Assembly: GCA_963719315.1 (NCBI GenBank)
Contig: CAVRBU010000002.1
Location: forward strand, 1,888,001 to 1,952,000
Length of the DNA stretch: 64,000 nt
Direction of reading: 5' to 3'
Source: an uncultured Planctomycetota bacterium
GTDB taxonomy: Bacteria; Planctomycetota; Planctomycetia; Pirellulales; Lacipirellulaceae
Shown here: piece by piece, positions 1-11,019 of the stretch
Layout: every line of letters begins with the position of its first letter
Position numbering within the stretch: the first letter of the stretch is position 1
Translations under genes and position numbers: made by a program
Notes under the pieces: model-generated
The model's input: only the letters and a program-made list of their open reading frames with translations
Told to the model about the DNA's origin: nothing
The model's database searches: none

Positions 1-367
1 GCTTGAAGCCGCGGTGAACCCAACCCACCGTTTCCGCCACCGCCCGCTTCAAATCGAGGTCGGCCTTGATGTCGTTCCAATCCTCCGGCTGCGTGCCGCG
101 GCAGGTGACGACGACATCATCCCCGTTGGCGAATATGTAAGCCTGCGCGCCGTCCCGATCGTAAAACCGAATCTCGGGAAATCCGATGCGGTTCGCTATC
201 AGACCCGCATCGCACCGCGATAGGTACGAAAGGTTCGACAACTCAGCAAACAGCAGCGAACGTCGTAGAACACTAAGATTTTCGATGGGCCCGTTGAGCT
301 TCGAATAGACCCTGGCCTCGGCCTCGCCGTCGAGCATGCCGACGATGTTGTAAGTGATCGCGCCCAT
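1..367 (-). CDS. Lipase class 3 family protein (runs off window start)
   Basis: Manual translation from ATG at 367: MGAITYNIVGM...DDVVVTCRGTQPEDWNDIKADLDL...VGWVHRGFK; RGT and VHxGF motifs of Lipase_3. Absent from the ORF track because it is truncated. Confidence 0.8.
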   Translation of the reverse strand, partial: MGAITYNIVGMLDGEAEARVYSKLNGPIENLSVLRRSLLFAELSNLSYLSRCDAGLIANRIGFPEIRFYDRDGAQAYIFANGDDVVVTCRGTQPEDWNDIKADLDLKRAVAETVGWVHRGFK

Positions 368-506
368 CGAAGAGACTCAAACTCGAACGGAAGAGAGGGC
401 AGATAAGGCGGCCGGTGCTATCACCTCCGCGTTGCTACGGACAGCAACTTACCCTTATTCGGCAAACAGCCCCCAACTTGCTTAATTTGAAGCCAGATGA
501 AATTAG

Positions 507-544
507 GTAGGGGGTGCCTGGGGTCGAGCGCAGCGAGCCCCCAG
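507..544. repeat. REP-like palindromic element
   Basis: gtagggggtgcCTGGGGtcgagcgcagcgagcCCCCAG, short intergenic hairpin. Confidence 0.4.
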
Positions 545-575
545 CGCGCCTGTGTAGGCCCATCCAATCGAATGC

Positions 576-1985
576 TCACTCCGCATTCGCCGTCGCCATC
601 AGCTCGCTAAAAAACTTTCGCGCCGCCTCCTGCTGTGCTAGCTGATCCTTAAGCTGCGCCTCACCCAGCTTCGGCAGCTCGCGAAGCCGCGTCTCAGCCG
701 CGTTTATCCAATTCAGAAAGAACTGCACGCTCTTCTTGCTCACGCGCGGTTGCCCCGCCTGTTCCACGTAATACGGCCCCGTCGAGGCGAATTGGTACGT
801 CAGCGGGTTGCTCGTGACGGCCCGCACCAAAAACCAGCCGCCCGCGTCGAACGTAATCGGCGGCAGCTTCCCTTTGTTGTCTTTCCAATCGGCCAGCCGC
901 ACTTCCGCCTCGACCGCGCCGTCTTTGATGATTTGCAAGTACTCGACCGGCACGCGCGTGGCCAGATTCAGGCCAATCTCAAGCGTCAATGGCCGCCCCA
1001 CCTCCAAATTGAACACGTAACCGGGCGGCTCGCCTCCCACGGTCGGCCGCAGCAGCGGTCCGTTCGTGACGAACACCCGCCCCGCCAGCAATCCTTCCCA
1101 CCAGGCCGTGTTGGAAAACTCTTTCCCGCAGAACACATACACGCGGTTCGTGCCCACCGGATTGTCGTTCGCCCCGGATCCGCTGCCGGCCACCGGCGGC
1201 ATTCGCAGGCCGCAATTCAGCACATGGTAGTAGACCGTTTCCGACCAGCGGCCATTGCCGCGCGGGCCGGGGAAAAGCAACTTATCGCGCGGCCGCCCGT
1301 CGTTCTCGTCATCCGCTGCGCCTTCGCGGAGCGAATGACGATGGATCAACTCGATGGCGTCCAGCTTGCCGCTCGCCAGCCAGGTGGGGAGGTTCCAGGC
1401 ATAGGGTATGCGGGCGACCAAGTGGCCATCGACGTCCAGCGGCGCGTCGCCGGGCGTCTTGCCCGCATCCACGTTTGGCACGACCCGCAAACCCTCAGCC
1501 CGCAAAATCAACGGTAAGTCCGTCGCATTGCGGCTGACGTCCAAGTCCCCGCCGTACCAGCCTTCCTTCTCGAGGTCGGCGAAACGCCTCATCTCGATTC
1601 GCTTCGTATCGTCGGCATGTCGCTGAATATCGAATCCTCCCGTTTGATTCAGGTACTCGGGCGTCGCTTCCAACTCAAACGTGTACGATCCCACCTTCAT
1701 CGGCAGCTTGACGACGCCGTCGATGTAGAAGTGACCGCCAAACTCCGCCGACCCAGGCATATTCAATTTGACGGGCCGCTTCGGCCGCGCCTTGGCCGTC
1801 GAATTGGGAATAACCTGGCGCCCGGAACTCAAGTGCATTCGCGCGGGAATCGGCTGGCCCGTCGCCTTATCCACGACCTCAATCTGCACCTCGCCATCCG
1901 GATGTGGCGCCGCTGCGGCTGCACAACAAAAGGCCAGCCAACATCCCCAAGCGACCAAATGACGTTTAATTTGAAAGGCGAGCAT
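576..1985 (-). CDS. Secreted CehA/McbA-like (PHP-fold) metallohydrolase homologue
   Basis: Signal-like N-terminus; GWYGGDL, YYHVLNCGLRMPPVAGSGSG, VGTNRVYV, GRVFVTNGPLL motifs; start uncertain (1985-2018). Confidence 0.65.
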   Translation of the reverse strand: MLAFQIKRHLVAWGCWLAFCCAAAAAPHPDGEVQIEVVDKATGQPIPARMHLSSGRQVIPNSTAKARPKRPVKLNMPGSAEFGGHFYIDGVVKLPMKVGSYTFELEATPEYLNQTGGFDIQRHADDTKRIEMRRFADLEKEGWYGGDLDVSRNATDLPLILRAEGLRVVPNVDAGKTPGDAPLDVDGHLVARIPYAWNLPTWLASGKLDAIELIHRHSLREGAADDENDGRPRDKLLFPGPRGNGRWSETVYYHVLNCGLRMPPVAGSGSGANDNPVGTNRVYVFCGKEFSNTAWWEGLLAGRVFVTNGPLLRPTVGGEPPGYVFNLEVGRPLTLEIGLNLATRVPVEYLQIIKDGAVEAEVRLADWKDNKGKLPPITFDAGGWFLVRAVTSNPLTYQFASTGPYYVEQAGQPRVSKKSVQFFLNWINAAETRLRELPKLGEAQLKDQLAQQEAARKFFSELMATANAE

Positions 1986-2025
1986 AAGTGCAATTACAGT
2001 AGTTCCAAGTTCAGACAAAATGGGC

Positions 2026-2092
2026 GGAACACTAATCTTCTCTAATTTCCACTGATTCGGAATTAGCGGAAATTAGCGAAGATTAGTGTTCC
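2026..2092. repeat. Period-10 inverted tandem repeat hairpin
   Basis: ggaacactaatcttc-tctaatttcc-actgattc / gaattagc-ggaaattagc-gaagattagtgttcc. Confidence 0.8.
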
Positions 2093-2312
2093 TCAGTAAT
2101 TCATTTCCTCATCAGTCTCTAAACTTGGAAGTATTGAATTATGAAAGAGATTTCCCCTGCCCTTGGCACAAGCATCAAAACGGTAACGGTCCCTCAAGTC
2201 TAGCATTCCGAACAATATCCGGTTGTCTGCCCAATGCGGCCGATTTTGCTCCCGCCGCATTTGCCGTAGAATAAGGATTTCCGCGACCACCGGCACCGCA
2301 ATTCGATATTCG

Positions 2313-3299
2313 ATGGCCACCGATCACTACGCCACATTGGGTGTTTCGAAGAATTCATCGCCCGAGGACATCCAGAAGGCGTATCGCAAGCTCGCGCGGA
2401 AATACCATCCGGACATGAACCCGGACGATGCCACCGCGAAAAAAAAATTCCAGGAAGTGCAGTCGGCATTCGAAGTCCTCAGCGACGCCGACAAGCGGAA
2501 ACGCTACGACCAGTTCGGTAGCGATTTCGAGTCGATGGGCGCGGGCGGCGGCGCGCCTCGCGGATGGCGCTACACCAACAGCAGCGGCCCGCAGACCTAC
2601 CCATTCGACGTCAACGATCTGGGCGACATCTTTGGTCGCGGCGGGGGCGTTGAAACGGAAGGCGCCGGTGGATTCGCCGACCTGTTCAAACAATTCAGCC
2701 GCGGCCGCGGCCAGCGCCGCACCGCCCAGCCGGTTCGCGGGAACGACCTCAAGCACGAACTCACGATCCCCTTCGCCTCGGCGGTGCTCGGCGGCGAGGC
2801 GGCGCTCACCGTCCAGCGCCATGACGGCGATATTGAAACAATCCAAGTCAAAATTCCCGCCGGTATAGACGACGGCAAAAAAATTCGCCTCCGCGGGCAA
2901 GGTGTGCCGGGAAGTGGCGATGCACCGGCAGGCGACATCCTGCTCACGATTCGCGTCAGTCCCCATCCCTACTTTCGCCGCACCGGTAATCGCCTTGAAG
3001 TGCGCGTTCCCATCACGCTGGCCGAAGCCGCGCTCGGTGGGAAGATCGACGTTCCCACGCCGCACGGCGAAGGCGGGAAGCCGGGCACGATCACGCTCAC
3101 CCTGCCGCCCAACACCTCCAGCGGCAAGCGGCTCCGAATCAAAGGCCACGGGGTCCGACCGGCCAACCAGCCACCCGGCGATTTGTTCGCCGAAATCCAA
3201 ATCGTGCTGCCGAATAATCTGACCGACTCCGAACGACAGCAACTGGCGGAAATCTCAAATCGGCATCCTCAGCACCCACGCTCGGAATTGCGATGGTAA
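2313..3299 (+). CDS. DnaJ-class chaperone without zinc finger (CbpA-like)
   Basis: J domain with HPD (KYHPD), G/F-rich linker, DnaJ C-terminal domain, no CxxCxGxG repeats. Confidence 0.92.
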   Translation: MATDHYATLGVSKNSSPEDIQKAYRKLARKYHPDMNPDDATAKKKFQEVQSAFEVLSDADKRKRYDQFGSDFESMGAGGGAPRGWRYTNSSGPQTYPFDVNDLGDIFGRGGGVETEGAGGFADLFKQFSRGRGQRRTAQPVRGNDLKHELTIPFASAVLGGEAALTVQRHDGDIETIQVKIPAGIDDGKKIRLRGQGVPGSGDAPAGDILLTIRVSPHPYFRRTGNRLEVRVPITLAEAALGGKIDVPTPHGEGGKPGTITLTLPPNTSSGKRLRIKGHGVRPANQPPGDLFAEIQIVLPNNLTDSERQQLAEISNRHPQHPRSELRW

Positions 3300-3646
3300 C
3301 GACGCTCACGATCGCCGCCGCTATTCCCACGCTCTTACTCGGTGTAGAGAAAGTGGCGCTGCCAGTTTTGGAACGGCTCGATCCGCAACGTCGAGCGGCC
3401 GTTGTCATGGCACTCTTGGGCCTGACGCTGGTCGGACTGTTCCTGATCGTCCTGGCAATGCTCGGCGGCCATTGGGCGCGGCGACTCGCCCGCCATCGTC
3501 CGGGCAATTCCGCCAAGCGCGAAGGCGCCGCCGACGCCAGCGATATCCAACTCCGCCAATCACTTCAATCCATTCTCCCTGAAGCCAAAACGGACGATAC
3601 GATCCAATTCGGAAAGTCTTCGCCCGACACGAAGGCCGGAGGATAG
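3293..3646 (+). CDS. Small membrane protein, unknown function
   Basis: Overlaps the upstream stop by 7 nt; hydrophobic segment AAVVMALLGLTLVGLFLIVLAMLGG. Confidence 0.7.
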   Translation: MVTTLTIAAAIPTLLLGVEKVALPVLERLDPQRRAAVVMALLGLTLVGLFLIVLAMLGGHWARRLARHRPGNSAKREGAADASDIQLRQSLQSILPEAKTDDTIQFGKSSPDTKAGG

Positions 3647-3697
3647 ACGAGAGCAGGTTGGTTTTCCTTTGTGCCTCATGCAGCAATTAACAAGTTG

Positions 3698-4078
3698 ATG
3701 ACCGATTGCCATTTCCCAAAACGGCAACGTCTGTTGCGAGCCAGTGATTTCGAGCGCGTGTTCGCCGCGCGAAATTCGGCGGCAAATCCCTGGCTGGCGT
3801 TGTATGGCGCCGCGAACAACGTCGGCCAGCCACGGCTCGGAATCACCGTTTCTCGCAAGATCGGGGGCGCCGTCGAACGCAACCGGTGGAAGCGATTGCT
3901 TCGCGAGGCCTTTCGGCTCACGCAACATCAATTGCCCGCGCTCGACTTGGTGTGTGTCGCGCGATCTACTGCTCCCCCCACCTTATCGCAATTGAAGGCG
4001 GCATTTCCCGAATTGGCCAAACGCATCGACGGCCGAATTCGAAAACCGGCCCGACAATCGGAGCAACGCAGCCAGTGA
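3698..4078 (+). CDS. rnpA: Ribonuclease P protein component
   Basis: [42 protein letters not shown] (RNR motif). Confidence 0.95.
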   Translation: MTDCHFPKRQRLLRASDFERVFAARNSAANPWLALYGAANNVGQPRLGITVSRKIGGAVERNRWKRLLREAFRLTQHQLPALDLVCVARSTAPPTLSQLKAAFPELAKRIDGRIRKPARQSEQRSQ

Positions 4079-4314
4079 TCCGCATCGGCCATTTCATTTG
4101 GCGCCTGCCTTCCGCGCTGCTAATCGCGGTCGTCCGAATTTATCAATGGACGCTGAGCCCGCTGGTTGGTCGTCAGTGCCGATTTGAGCCCACTTGTAGC
4201 GAGTATTTCATTCAGTCCGTGGAGAAGCACGGAGCCGCTCGCGGCACTTGGCGGGGTTTGCGCCGGATCGGCCGCTGCCATCCGTTCCACCCCGGGGGCT
4301 ACGATCCGCCGTGA
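4075..4314 (+). CDS. yidD: Membrane protein insertion efficiency factor YidD
   Basis: [32 protein letters not shown] start overlaps the rnpA TGA. Confidence 0.93.
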   Translation: MIRIGHFIWRLPSALLIAVVRIYQWTLSPLVGRQCRFEPTCSEYFIQSVEKHGAARGTWRGLRRIGRCHPFHPGGYDPP

Positions 4315-4608
4315 TTCTCGCGCGCAATTCCGCATTTCGACCGGCCCGTCTCGCTTGCAATAAGCCCGCCAGCAATGCTAGCCCTGGCCGAATCGTTCGC
4401 GGACGCATGGACGCATGTCGTCCAAATGGCCCACCTTGACCCATTGCAGCTAAGCAACTACTCTCCGCCATTCGGAAACCGCGCCTTTTGTTTACCTACG
4501 ACAAAGGGAGTCCGTCGGCGTCCGAAGTTGCGTGGCCGCGCAAGATGCCAGGTCCGCCGCCCAAGCGAATCGTTCACGATCCACTTGCCGACTGAGGAGC
4601 GCTCAAGG

Positions 4609-6354
4609 ATGACGCGTCGCACAACGAACGAATTCGTTCGCAGCGCGATCTGCGCGCTGGCCGCCGCCATCCTGTGCGGCGGATGCAGCGGTCCGATCCT
4701 CCGCCCGCAAAGCCCCGAAGCGCGGATCGATCTGCCTCCCATGCCGGATGTGAAGTACGTCTCCGCGTACACGCATCCCTACGGCATGAATTACGTGAAG
4801 GTGGAAGCCGTGTCGCTCGTCACCGGTCTCAACGGCACGGGTTCCGACCCGCCGCCGACGCCGCAACGTGCCATTCTGCTCGATGAAATGAAACGCCGCG
4901 AAGTGGCGAATCCGAATGAAGTGCTCGCCTCCGCGAATACCTCGATGGTCCTCGTAAGGGCATTCTTGCGACCCGGCATTCAGGAAGGCGACCGCTTCGA
5001 TGTCGAAGTTCGCGTCCCGACCGGAAGCGATACGACGAGCCTCCGCAACGGTTGGCTCCTTCCGACTCGGCTCAGTGAAATGGCCGTCCTCGATCAGCAA
5101 ATCCTCAATGGTCACGTTTTCGGTATGGCCGAGGGTCCCGTGCTCGTCGATCCATCGGCCGACCCGAAATCGAACCCGGCCTTGGCGACCAAAGGCCGCA
5201 TCCTCAGCGGTGGCATTTCCACCAAATCCCGAACTCTGGGCCTGGTCATCACGCAGCAGCATCAATCGATCCGTATCAGCCAGGACATTGCCCACGCGAT
5301 CAATCATCGCTTTTTCACTTTCGTCAACGGCCGCAAACAAGGCGTAGCCACGCCGAAAACGGGCGAGTTCATCGACATCGCGATGCAACCGCGATACCGC
5401 GACAACATTGCCCGCTACATGCAGATTCTCCGAAACGTCGCGATCGACGAATCACCGACGACGCAGCAGGCCCGGCTCTTATTCCTGGAACAGCAATTGA
5501 GCGACCCGCTCACAAGCGCGAGCGCATCCATGCGGCTGGAAGCGATCGGCGATGATCAAGCGAAGCAAATTCTCAAGCAAGGACTGGGCGTTAACGACAA
5601 GGAAGTGAAATTCTACGCGGCCGAAGCCTTAGCGTATCTCGACGAAACCAGCGCGGTGCCCGAGTTGGCAAACGTCGCCCGCAATGAACCAGCTTTCCGC
5701 GTGAACGCTCTGGCTGCTCTCAGTGCAATGGACGACGCATCGGCCTACGACGCGCTCCGTTCGCTGCTCGAAGTCAAGAGCGCCGAGACTCGCTACGGCG
5801 CCTTCCGGGCTTTGTGGGCCATGAACGAGCACGATCCGTTCCTGAACGATGAAAAGCTTTCGCCCCAATTCCATTATCACGTACTGGATGTGCCCGGGCC
5901 CGATATGGTGCACGTCACGCAGAGTCACCTGCCGGAAATCGTGCTGTTCGGCAAAGATCAGAAACTGCAATTGCCGCTCATGCTCGATGCCGGCAAGTCG
6001 ATCCTCGTCAACGGCATGAAGGGCGACAAGATTACGGTCAGCAAATTTGCGGCCCAATCCGAGCCGGAACAACGCGTCGTTTCCACGAGCGTGGATGAAG
6101 TGATCCGTGCGATCGTGGCCCTGGGCGGTACTTACCCCGATGTCGTCCAGGCGTTGCAACAAGCGAAGACCGATGGCGCAATGCCGAGCCGCTTCGAAGT
6201 GGATGCGCTCCCCGAATCCGGCCGCGCGTACGACCGCGTGGCGGAGAATGCCAAGGCCGAAGGCGACGTCGTACAGGCCTCGGCCACGGAATCTCAACCC
6301 GCTCCGCTCGAAGTAGCGACGCCGCTGCCGGAACTGTTCGGCCGGCCGAGGTGA
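4609..6354 (+). CDS. FlgI (P-ring)-like lipoprotein with HEAT-like repeat insert
   Basis: Lipobox-like ILCGGC; LVTGLNGTGSD, GDRFDVEV, SLRNGWLLPT FlgI-type motifs; helical repeats VKFYAAEALA/RVNALAALS/TRYGAFRALW; SD gaggag. Confidence 0.8.
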   Translation: MTRRTTNEFVRSAICALAAAILCGGCSGPILRPQSPEARIDLPPMPDVKYVSAYTHPYGMNYVKVEAVSLVTGLNGTGSDPPPTPQRAILLDEMKRREVANPNEVLASANTSMVLVRAFLRPGIQEGDRFDVEVRVPTGSDTTSLRNGWLLPTRLSEMAVLDQQILNGHVFGMAEGPVLVDPSADPKSNPALATKGRILSGGISTKSRTLGLVITQQHQSIRISQDIAHAINHRFFTFVNGRKQGVATPKTGEFIDIAMQPRYRDNIARYMQILRNVAIDESPTTQQARLLFLEQQLSDPLTSASASMRLEAIGDDQAKQILKQGLGVNDKEVKFYAAEALAYLDETSAVPELANVARNEPAFRVNALAALSAMDDASAYDALRSLLEVKSAETRYGAFRALWAMNEHDPFLNDEKLSPQFHYHVLDVPGPDMVHVTQSHLPEIVLFGKDQKLQLPLMLDAGKSILVNGMKGDKITVSKFAAQSEPEQRVVSTSVDEVIRAIVALGGTYPDVVQALQQAKTDGAMPSRFEVDALPESGRAYDRVAENAKAEGDVVQASATESQPAPLEVATPLPELFGRPR

Positions 6355-6358
6355 TTGG

Positions 6359-6430
6359 TCAAGAGCCAAGAGTCGAGAGTCAAGGGCTTGAGGTTCTGGC
6401 TCTCGACTTTTGACTCTCTGCTCTCGACTC
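6359..6430. repeat. Heptamer inverted tandem repeat hairpin
   Basis: aagagcc aagagtc gagagtc aagggc ... gctctc gactttt gactctc tgctctc gactc. Confidence 0.8.
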
Positions 6431-6435
6431 AACAC

Positions 6436-9400
6436 ATGCTCAAAGCCCTCGAACTCTCTGGCTTTAAGAGCTTCGCCGATCGCACGCGGTTCGATTTCCC
6501 GACCGGGGTCTGCGTCGTCGTTGGCCCGAACGGGTCGGGCAAGTCCAACGTCGTGGACGCCGTCAAGTGGGTGCTCGGCTCGCAAAGCGCCAAAGGTCTT
6601 CGCGGCCAGGAAATGACGGACGTCATTTTCAACGGCTGCCCCACGCGCGCCCCGATGGGCGCCGCCGAAGTAACGCTCACGCTCGAAAACTCCGATCGCC
6701 GCCTGGCGATCGACGCCAATGAGGTCCACGTTTCGCGCCGCGTCTATCGCAGCGGCGAAGGCGAGTACCTCATCAACCGCCAGCCCTGCCGGTTGAAGGA
6801 TATCCGCGAGCTGCTAGCCGCGACCGGCATCACGACCGAGGCCTACTGCATCATCGAGCAAGGCAAAGTCGATGCGCTCTTGCAGTCGTCGCCTCGCGAC
6901 CGCCGCGTGATCTTCGAGGAAGCGGCCGGCATTAGCCAGTTCAAGGCCAAGAAGGCCATCGCCATCCGCCGCATGGAGCGCGTCGAGCAAAACCTGCTGC
7001 GGCTATCGGACATTGTGGATGAAGTCGAAAGCCGCTTGCGAAGCATCCGGTCGCAGGCCGGCAAGGCCCGCCGCTACCGCGAATGTACCGAGCGACTCCA
7101 GCAGCTTCGCACGGAGGTCGCGCTCGTCGACTGGCGGCATTTCACCAAGCAGATCGATGCCCGTCAGACTCAAATGATCGAAGCAAAGCGCCGTATCGAC
7201 GAGCGAACAGCGACGCTCGAACGAGACGAATCCAAAGCGCAGGAGCTCGAACACAGCATCGAATTGGCCACTCAGCAGACCCGCGAAATCGACGCTCAAG
7301 CCTCATCGACGCGCGAGCAAATTGCCGGTTTGCAGGCCACGATCGATAGCCAACGCAATCGCCAAACCGAACTGCAGCAAGAAATCGTGCGGATTCGGGA
7401 ACAATTGTCCGCGATGGACACGCACGACCAAGGCGCCGGCGACCAATTCCGCGAAGCCGCGCACCACCTCGAAGCCGCCGAGTTGGAGTTGGCCCGAATC
7501 GTCAGTGACTGCCGAGAACAATCCGAACGGGCCGACCAAGCACGCCGCGATGTGGATCATGCCCTCACCCAGCACGAGCAAATAAAGGCCCGACTTGCCG
7601 AATGCATCCGTGCCGCTTCACTCGCCAGCGAACAAATCGCGGTACTCGAATCCGCAGTGCTAGAGGCCGAAACTGTCTCCGCGGCCTGCCGCCTTCGGCT
7701 GGCTGAACTGGCTCAGAAACGAGCGGCTCAATCGGCCGAAGTCGGGCACCACCAAAAAATAGAATCCGATTTAACGGTCCAGGCCGAGCAGTATCGCGCT
7801 GCGTTGGCAACGGCCGAGCGGCGGCTCGTCGAAGTACGACGCGAGCTGGGTCGAGCCGATGTTCAGCACCGCCGGTTGGACGGCCAGCTCATGCGTGTCC
7901 GCGAGCGAATCGCCGTTTTGTCCGAACTAGAAAGTCGACATGAAGGCCTGGACGGCGGCGTCCAAGAAATACTGCGCCGTGCTCGCGAAGAGCCGACCCA
8001 CCACCTCGGCGACGTTCGTGGCGTCGTAGCCGACCTGTTCCATGTGGATGTCGATTCCGCGCCGCTCGTGGAAGTCGCGCTCGGCGAACGCGCTCAATTC
8101 ATCGTGCTCGCCTCGACTAGCCCCTTACTCGAATGGCTCCACGCGCGCCCATTGCGAGTTGCCGGGCGGGTCGGCTTCCTAGGGCTCGACAGCCGTTACA
8201 CACCCACGGCCCTCGATCACGTCGACCTGTCCGCCGAACCGGGCGTGATGGGTCGGGCCGACCGCTTCATCGAGTCGGCCGCCGAGCATCACGTGCTCGC
8301 GCGACGGTTGCTCGGGCGAACGTGGCTCGTCGACCGCCTGGCGACGGCGCTCCGGCTCGCCCAGTCAATCGGCCGCGGCCTCGAATTCGTCACCGGGGAC
8401 GGCGAACTTATCTCGGCCGACGGAACGGTCGTGGTCGGCCCGCGGCAGGCCGCAACCGGCGTCTTTTCACGCCGCAGCGAACTCCGCACGTGCCACGAGC
8501 AATCCGTTGGACTCGAACAGCAACTCGCAGCGCAGGCCGCCGCACTCTCGCACTTAGAAAGCGAACGCACCGAACAAGAGGAATTGGTTGCCTCGTCGGT
8601 CGCAGCGTATACCTCCGCCGCCGGCAAGTTGGCCGATTGCCGTCATAAAACCGCCGCTGCGGCCGCTCAACTCGATCGCCTCATCGAAGACGAGCGTCGA
8701 TCGCAACACGACCTGCAGGTTGCGGAGGAACGCATAACCGCCGATCGGGCGGAAATTGAAAAGAATGGCCAAGAATGCGCCGCGGTCGAGGCCACGGCGA
8801 CCGAACTCGAAACCGCGCTTCGCGAAAGTCAGGGACAGCTTTCCGCCGTCCGACAGCGCTATACCGAACTGCAGACCGCGCTCACCGAACTAAGGATTTC
8901 TGTCGCTCGTTGCGAGCAACGCGTCGAAATGCTCCGGCACCAGATGGACCAGGTGCAGCGCAGCCAACAGGAGCGCGACCAAATGTTGGCGGAGACCCGC
9001 GCGCGGCTCGCGAGCCGCGAGGCCCAAATCGCGGAACTCGAGGAAGCGATGCTGGTTGGCCGCCAATCGCTGGCGGCGTTATTTTTGACCAAGGAACAGC
9101 ACGCCGAAGCCCTGGCCAAAAAAGCCGCAGTCGTCGACGAACTCCGTCGCGGCCGGCAAGAAGTGAACGATCTCGTTCGCGCACAACGTCAGCAATTGAA
9201 CACACTTCAAGCCCAGCAATACAAGCTGGACGTGGCCACGACCCGCCTCCGCCACGATCGGCAAACACTCTGCGAACGCATGAACGACGACTACGGCATC
9301 AACCTGGATGAAGCGGCGCGGACTGAAGAGCAGAGAGCAGTGAGCCAGGAACAAGGGGAAAGAAGTAATGGAGTTCTCCCCGCTCCCCGCTCCCCGCTTT

Positions 9401-10170
9401 CCGCTCCTTCCAACCGCGAAGCCGTCGAACGCGAAATCGCGGAGCTCCGCGATCAGATCAACAACATCGGTGCTATCAATCTCGAAGCGCTCGATGAGCT
9501 GGACCAACTAGAAGGCCGATTCGAAAAGCTTTCCTCGCAGTATCGCGACCTGGTCGAGGCCAAGGCCTCGCTGGAACGCATCACGCAGCGGATCAACACC
9601 GACAGCCGCCAGTTGTTTTTGAGCACGCTCGAAACGGTCCGCGGTCATTTCCAGGATCTCTTCCGCCGCCTTTTCGGCGGCGGCGAAGCAGACATCATCG
9701 TCGACGAAGCGGAAGACGTACTCGATTGCGGTGTTGAAATCGTCGCTCGCCCGCCAGGCAAGGAAGCTTGCAGCATCTCGCTCCTTTCTGGCGGCGAAAA
9801 AACGCTCACCTGCGTGGCGCTCTTGCTAGCGGTCTTCCGCAGCAAGCCGAGCCCCTTTTGCATACTCGACGAAGTCGACGCCGCCCTCGACGAAGCCAAC
9901 ATCGGCCGCTTCGCCGCCGTGCTTCGCGAGTTTCTCTCCTGCACGCAGTTCATCGTGGTTACGCATTCGAAAAAGACAATGTCCGGCGCCGATACGCTGT
10001 ACGGCGTCACAATGCAAGAGTCGGGCGTTTCCAAGCGCGTTTCGGTCCGCTTCGAAGATGTTTCCGAAGACGGCCATATTCTACCCAGCGCGATGTTTCG
10101 TGCGACCGACTCAGACGCACCGGCTGGCGCAGCGAATGAATCCAACTCTTCACAAAAAAAAGCGGCATAG
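6436..10170 (+). CDS. smc: Chromosome segregation protein SMC
   Basis: GFKSF, Walker [10 protein letters not shown], coiled coils, hinge (GRVGFL, GRTWLV), LSGGEK signature, Walker [11 protein letters not shown]. Confidence 0.97.
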   Translation: MLKALELSGFKSFADRTRFDFPTGVCVVVGPNGSGKSNVVDAVKWVLGSQSAKGLRGQEMTDVIFNGCPTRAPMGAAEVTLTLENSDRRLAIDANEVHVSRRVYRSGEGEYLINRQPCRLKDIRELLAATGITTEAYCIIEQGKVDALLQSSPRDRRVIFEEAAGISQFKAKKAIAIRRMERVEQNLLRLSDIVDEVESRLRSIRSQAGKARRYRECTERLQQLRTEVALVDWRHFTKQIDARQTQMIEAKRRIDERTATLERDESKAQELEHSIELATQQTREIDAQASSTREQIAGLQATIDSQRNRQTELQQEIVRIREQLSAMDTHDQGAGDQFREAAHHLEAAELELARIVSDCREQSERADQARRDVDHALTQHEQIKARLAECIRAASLASEQIAVLESAVLEAETVSAACRLRLAELAQKRAAQSAEVGHHQKIESDLTVQAEQYRAALATAERRLVEVRRELGRADVQHRRLDGQLMRVRERIAVLSELESRHEGLDGGVQEILRRAREEPTHHLGDVRGVVADLFHVDVDSAPLVEVALGERAQFIVLASTSPLLEWLHARPLRVAGRVGFLGLDSRYTPTALDHVDLSAEPGVMGRADRFIESAAEHHVLARRLLGRTWLVDRLATALRLAQSIGRGLEFVTGDGELISADGTVVVGPRQAATGVFSRRSELRTCHEQSVGLEQQLAAQAAALSHLESERTEQEELVASSVAAYTSAAGKLADCRHKTAAAAAQLDRLIEDERRSQHDLQVAEERITADRAEIEKNGQECAAVEATATELETALRESQGQLSAVRQRYTELQTALTELRISVARCEQRVEMLRHQMDQVQRSQQERDQMLAETRARLASREAQIAELEEAMLVGRQSLAALFLTKEQHAEALAKKAAVVDELRRGRQEVNDLVRAQRQQLNTLQAQQYKLDVATTRLRHDRQTLCERMNDDYGINLDEAARTEEQRAVSQEQGERSNGVLPAPRSPLSAPSNREAVEREIAELRDQINNIGAINLEALDELDQLEGRFEKLSSQYRDLVEAKASLERITQRINTDSRQLFLSTLETVRGHFQDLFRRLFGGGEADIIVDEAEDVLDCGVEIVARPPGKEACSISLLSGGEKTLTCVALLLAVFRSKPSPFCILDEVDAALDEANIGRFAAVLREFLSCTQFIVVTHSKKTMSGADTLYGVTMQESGVSKRVSVRFEDVSEDGHILPSAMFRATDSDAPAGAANESNSSQKKAA

Positions 10171-10782
10171 AAAAGCCACCAATACTGCATGCGCGCATGA
10201 GGGGTTCCTCCGAGTATCCCGCGATCCTTCTTGGTGCTTCTGGTGCCCTCTGTAGCCAGTTTTCTTCCTCGATAGCATCGCCGCCTTAATGCGAATGCCC
10301 GATTCCGGACCGATTGATACGCCGAGCAAATGCGTTTCAATCCGCTCTGCCGGTACGACTAGCGAATCTTTCTAAAGTTCCTAGGTCGTTATTATCGAAA
10401 CTAGTTATCGGATGGGTTGTCTCTTTCCGCGCCGCACACCCGGTGCTCGCGGTCAGAAGCAGCTCGCAGGGGGGAGCCTGCCACATTGTCCCACCGTAGA
10501 GGCTTTGCGCTCGATGCGGTCGCGCCCAGCGTTTGTTGGTCGACGGTCGCACCGCGGCGGCAAGCGCCTTCCTGCACATCCTCGGCCGGTCCTTTGCGCT
10601 TTTCACGCAACGGAGCCGGCGGGTTCGGTTACACCGTTTGTGATGATTGATTCGGGCCGCATAGTCCGAGTCGGGAAAATCAAACGGTTTTGACCGATCT
10701 CCGCCTGCATTGCTAGCCGATGCCAAATGCAAGTGACGGAGCGGATCAGAAGGACCTGACCCGACCCACGGAGTTGTGAGCG

Positions 10783-10848
10783 GTTAGCTGTTAGCTAATA
10801 GCCAGAAGGATGAACCATCGTCTGGCTAATAGCTAATAGCTAATAGCT
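10783..10848. repeat. TAGCTAA/TTAGCTG heptamer inverted tandem repeat
   Basis: gttagct gttagct aatagcc agaa...tctggc taatagc taatagc taatagc. Confidence 0.8.
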
Positions 10849-11019
10849 TTCAGTTCCAAAGAGCCCCAACCCAGGCGTTTGCGAGTGGTTTGATACGAAA
10901 GCGCGAGGGAACCGCGCAAGCCGCATACGCAAATGCGGGGCACAACCAACGGTCGCGGCGGGCGTCGCCAAGCGGCCGAAAACCCAGCGGACACTTAGCA
11001 AGATAAATTGGAGAGCCCG

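Noticed and set aside
6436..10170. SMC-based defence system (Wadjet/Lamassu)
   Set aside because: Canonical hinge-containing SMC in a housekeeping context, with no jetABD-like or effector genes nearby
10740..10775. SRP RNA (gtcaggtcc on the minus strand, near ffh)
   Set aside because: The following ggaaggaagcagc domain IV motif is absent
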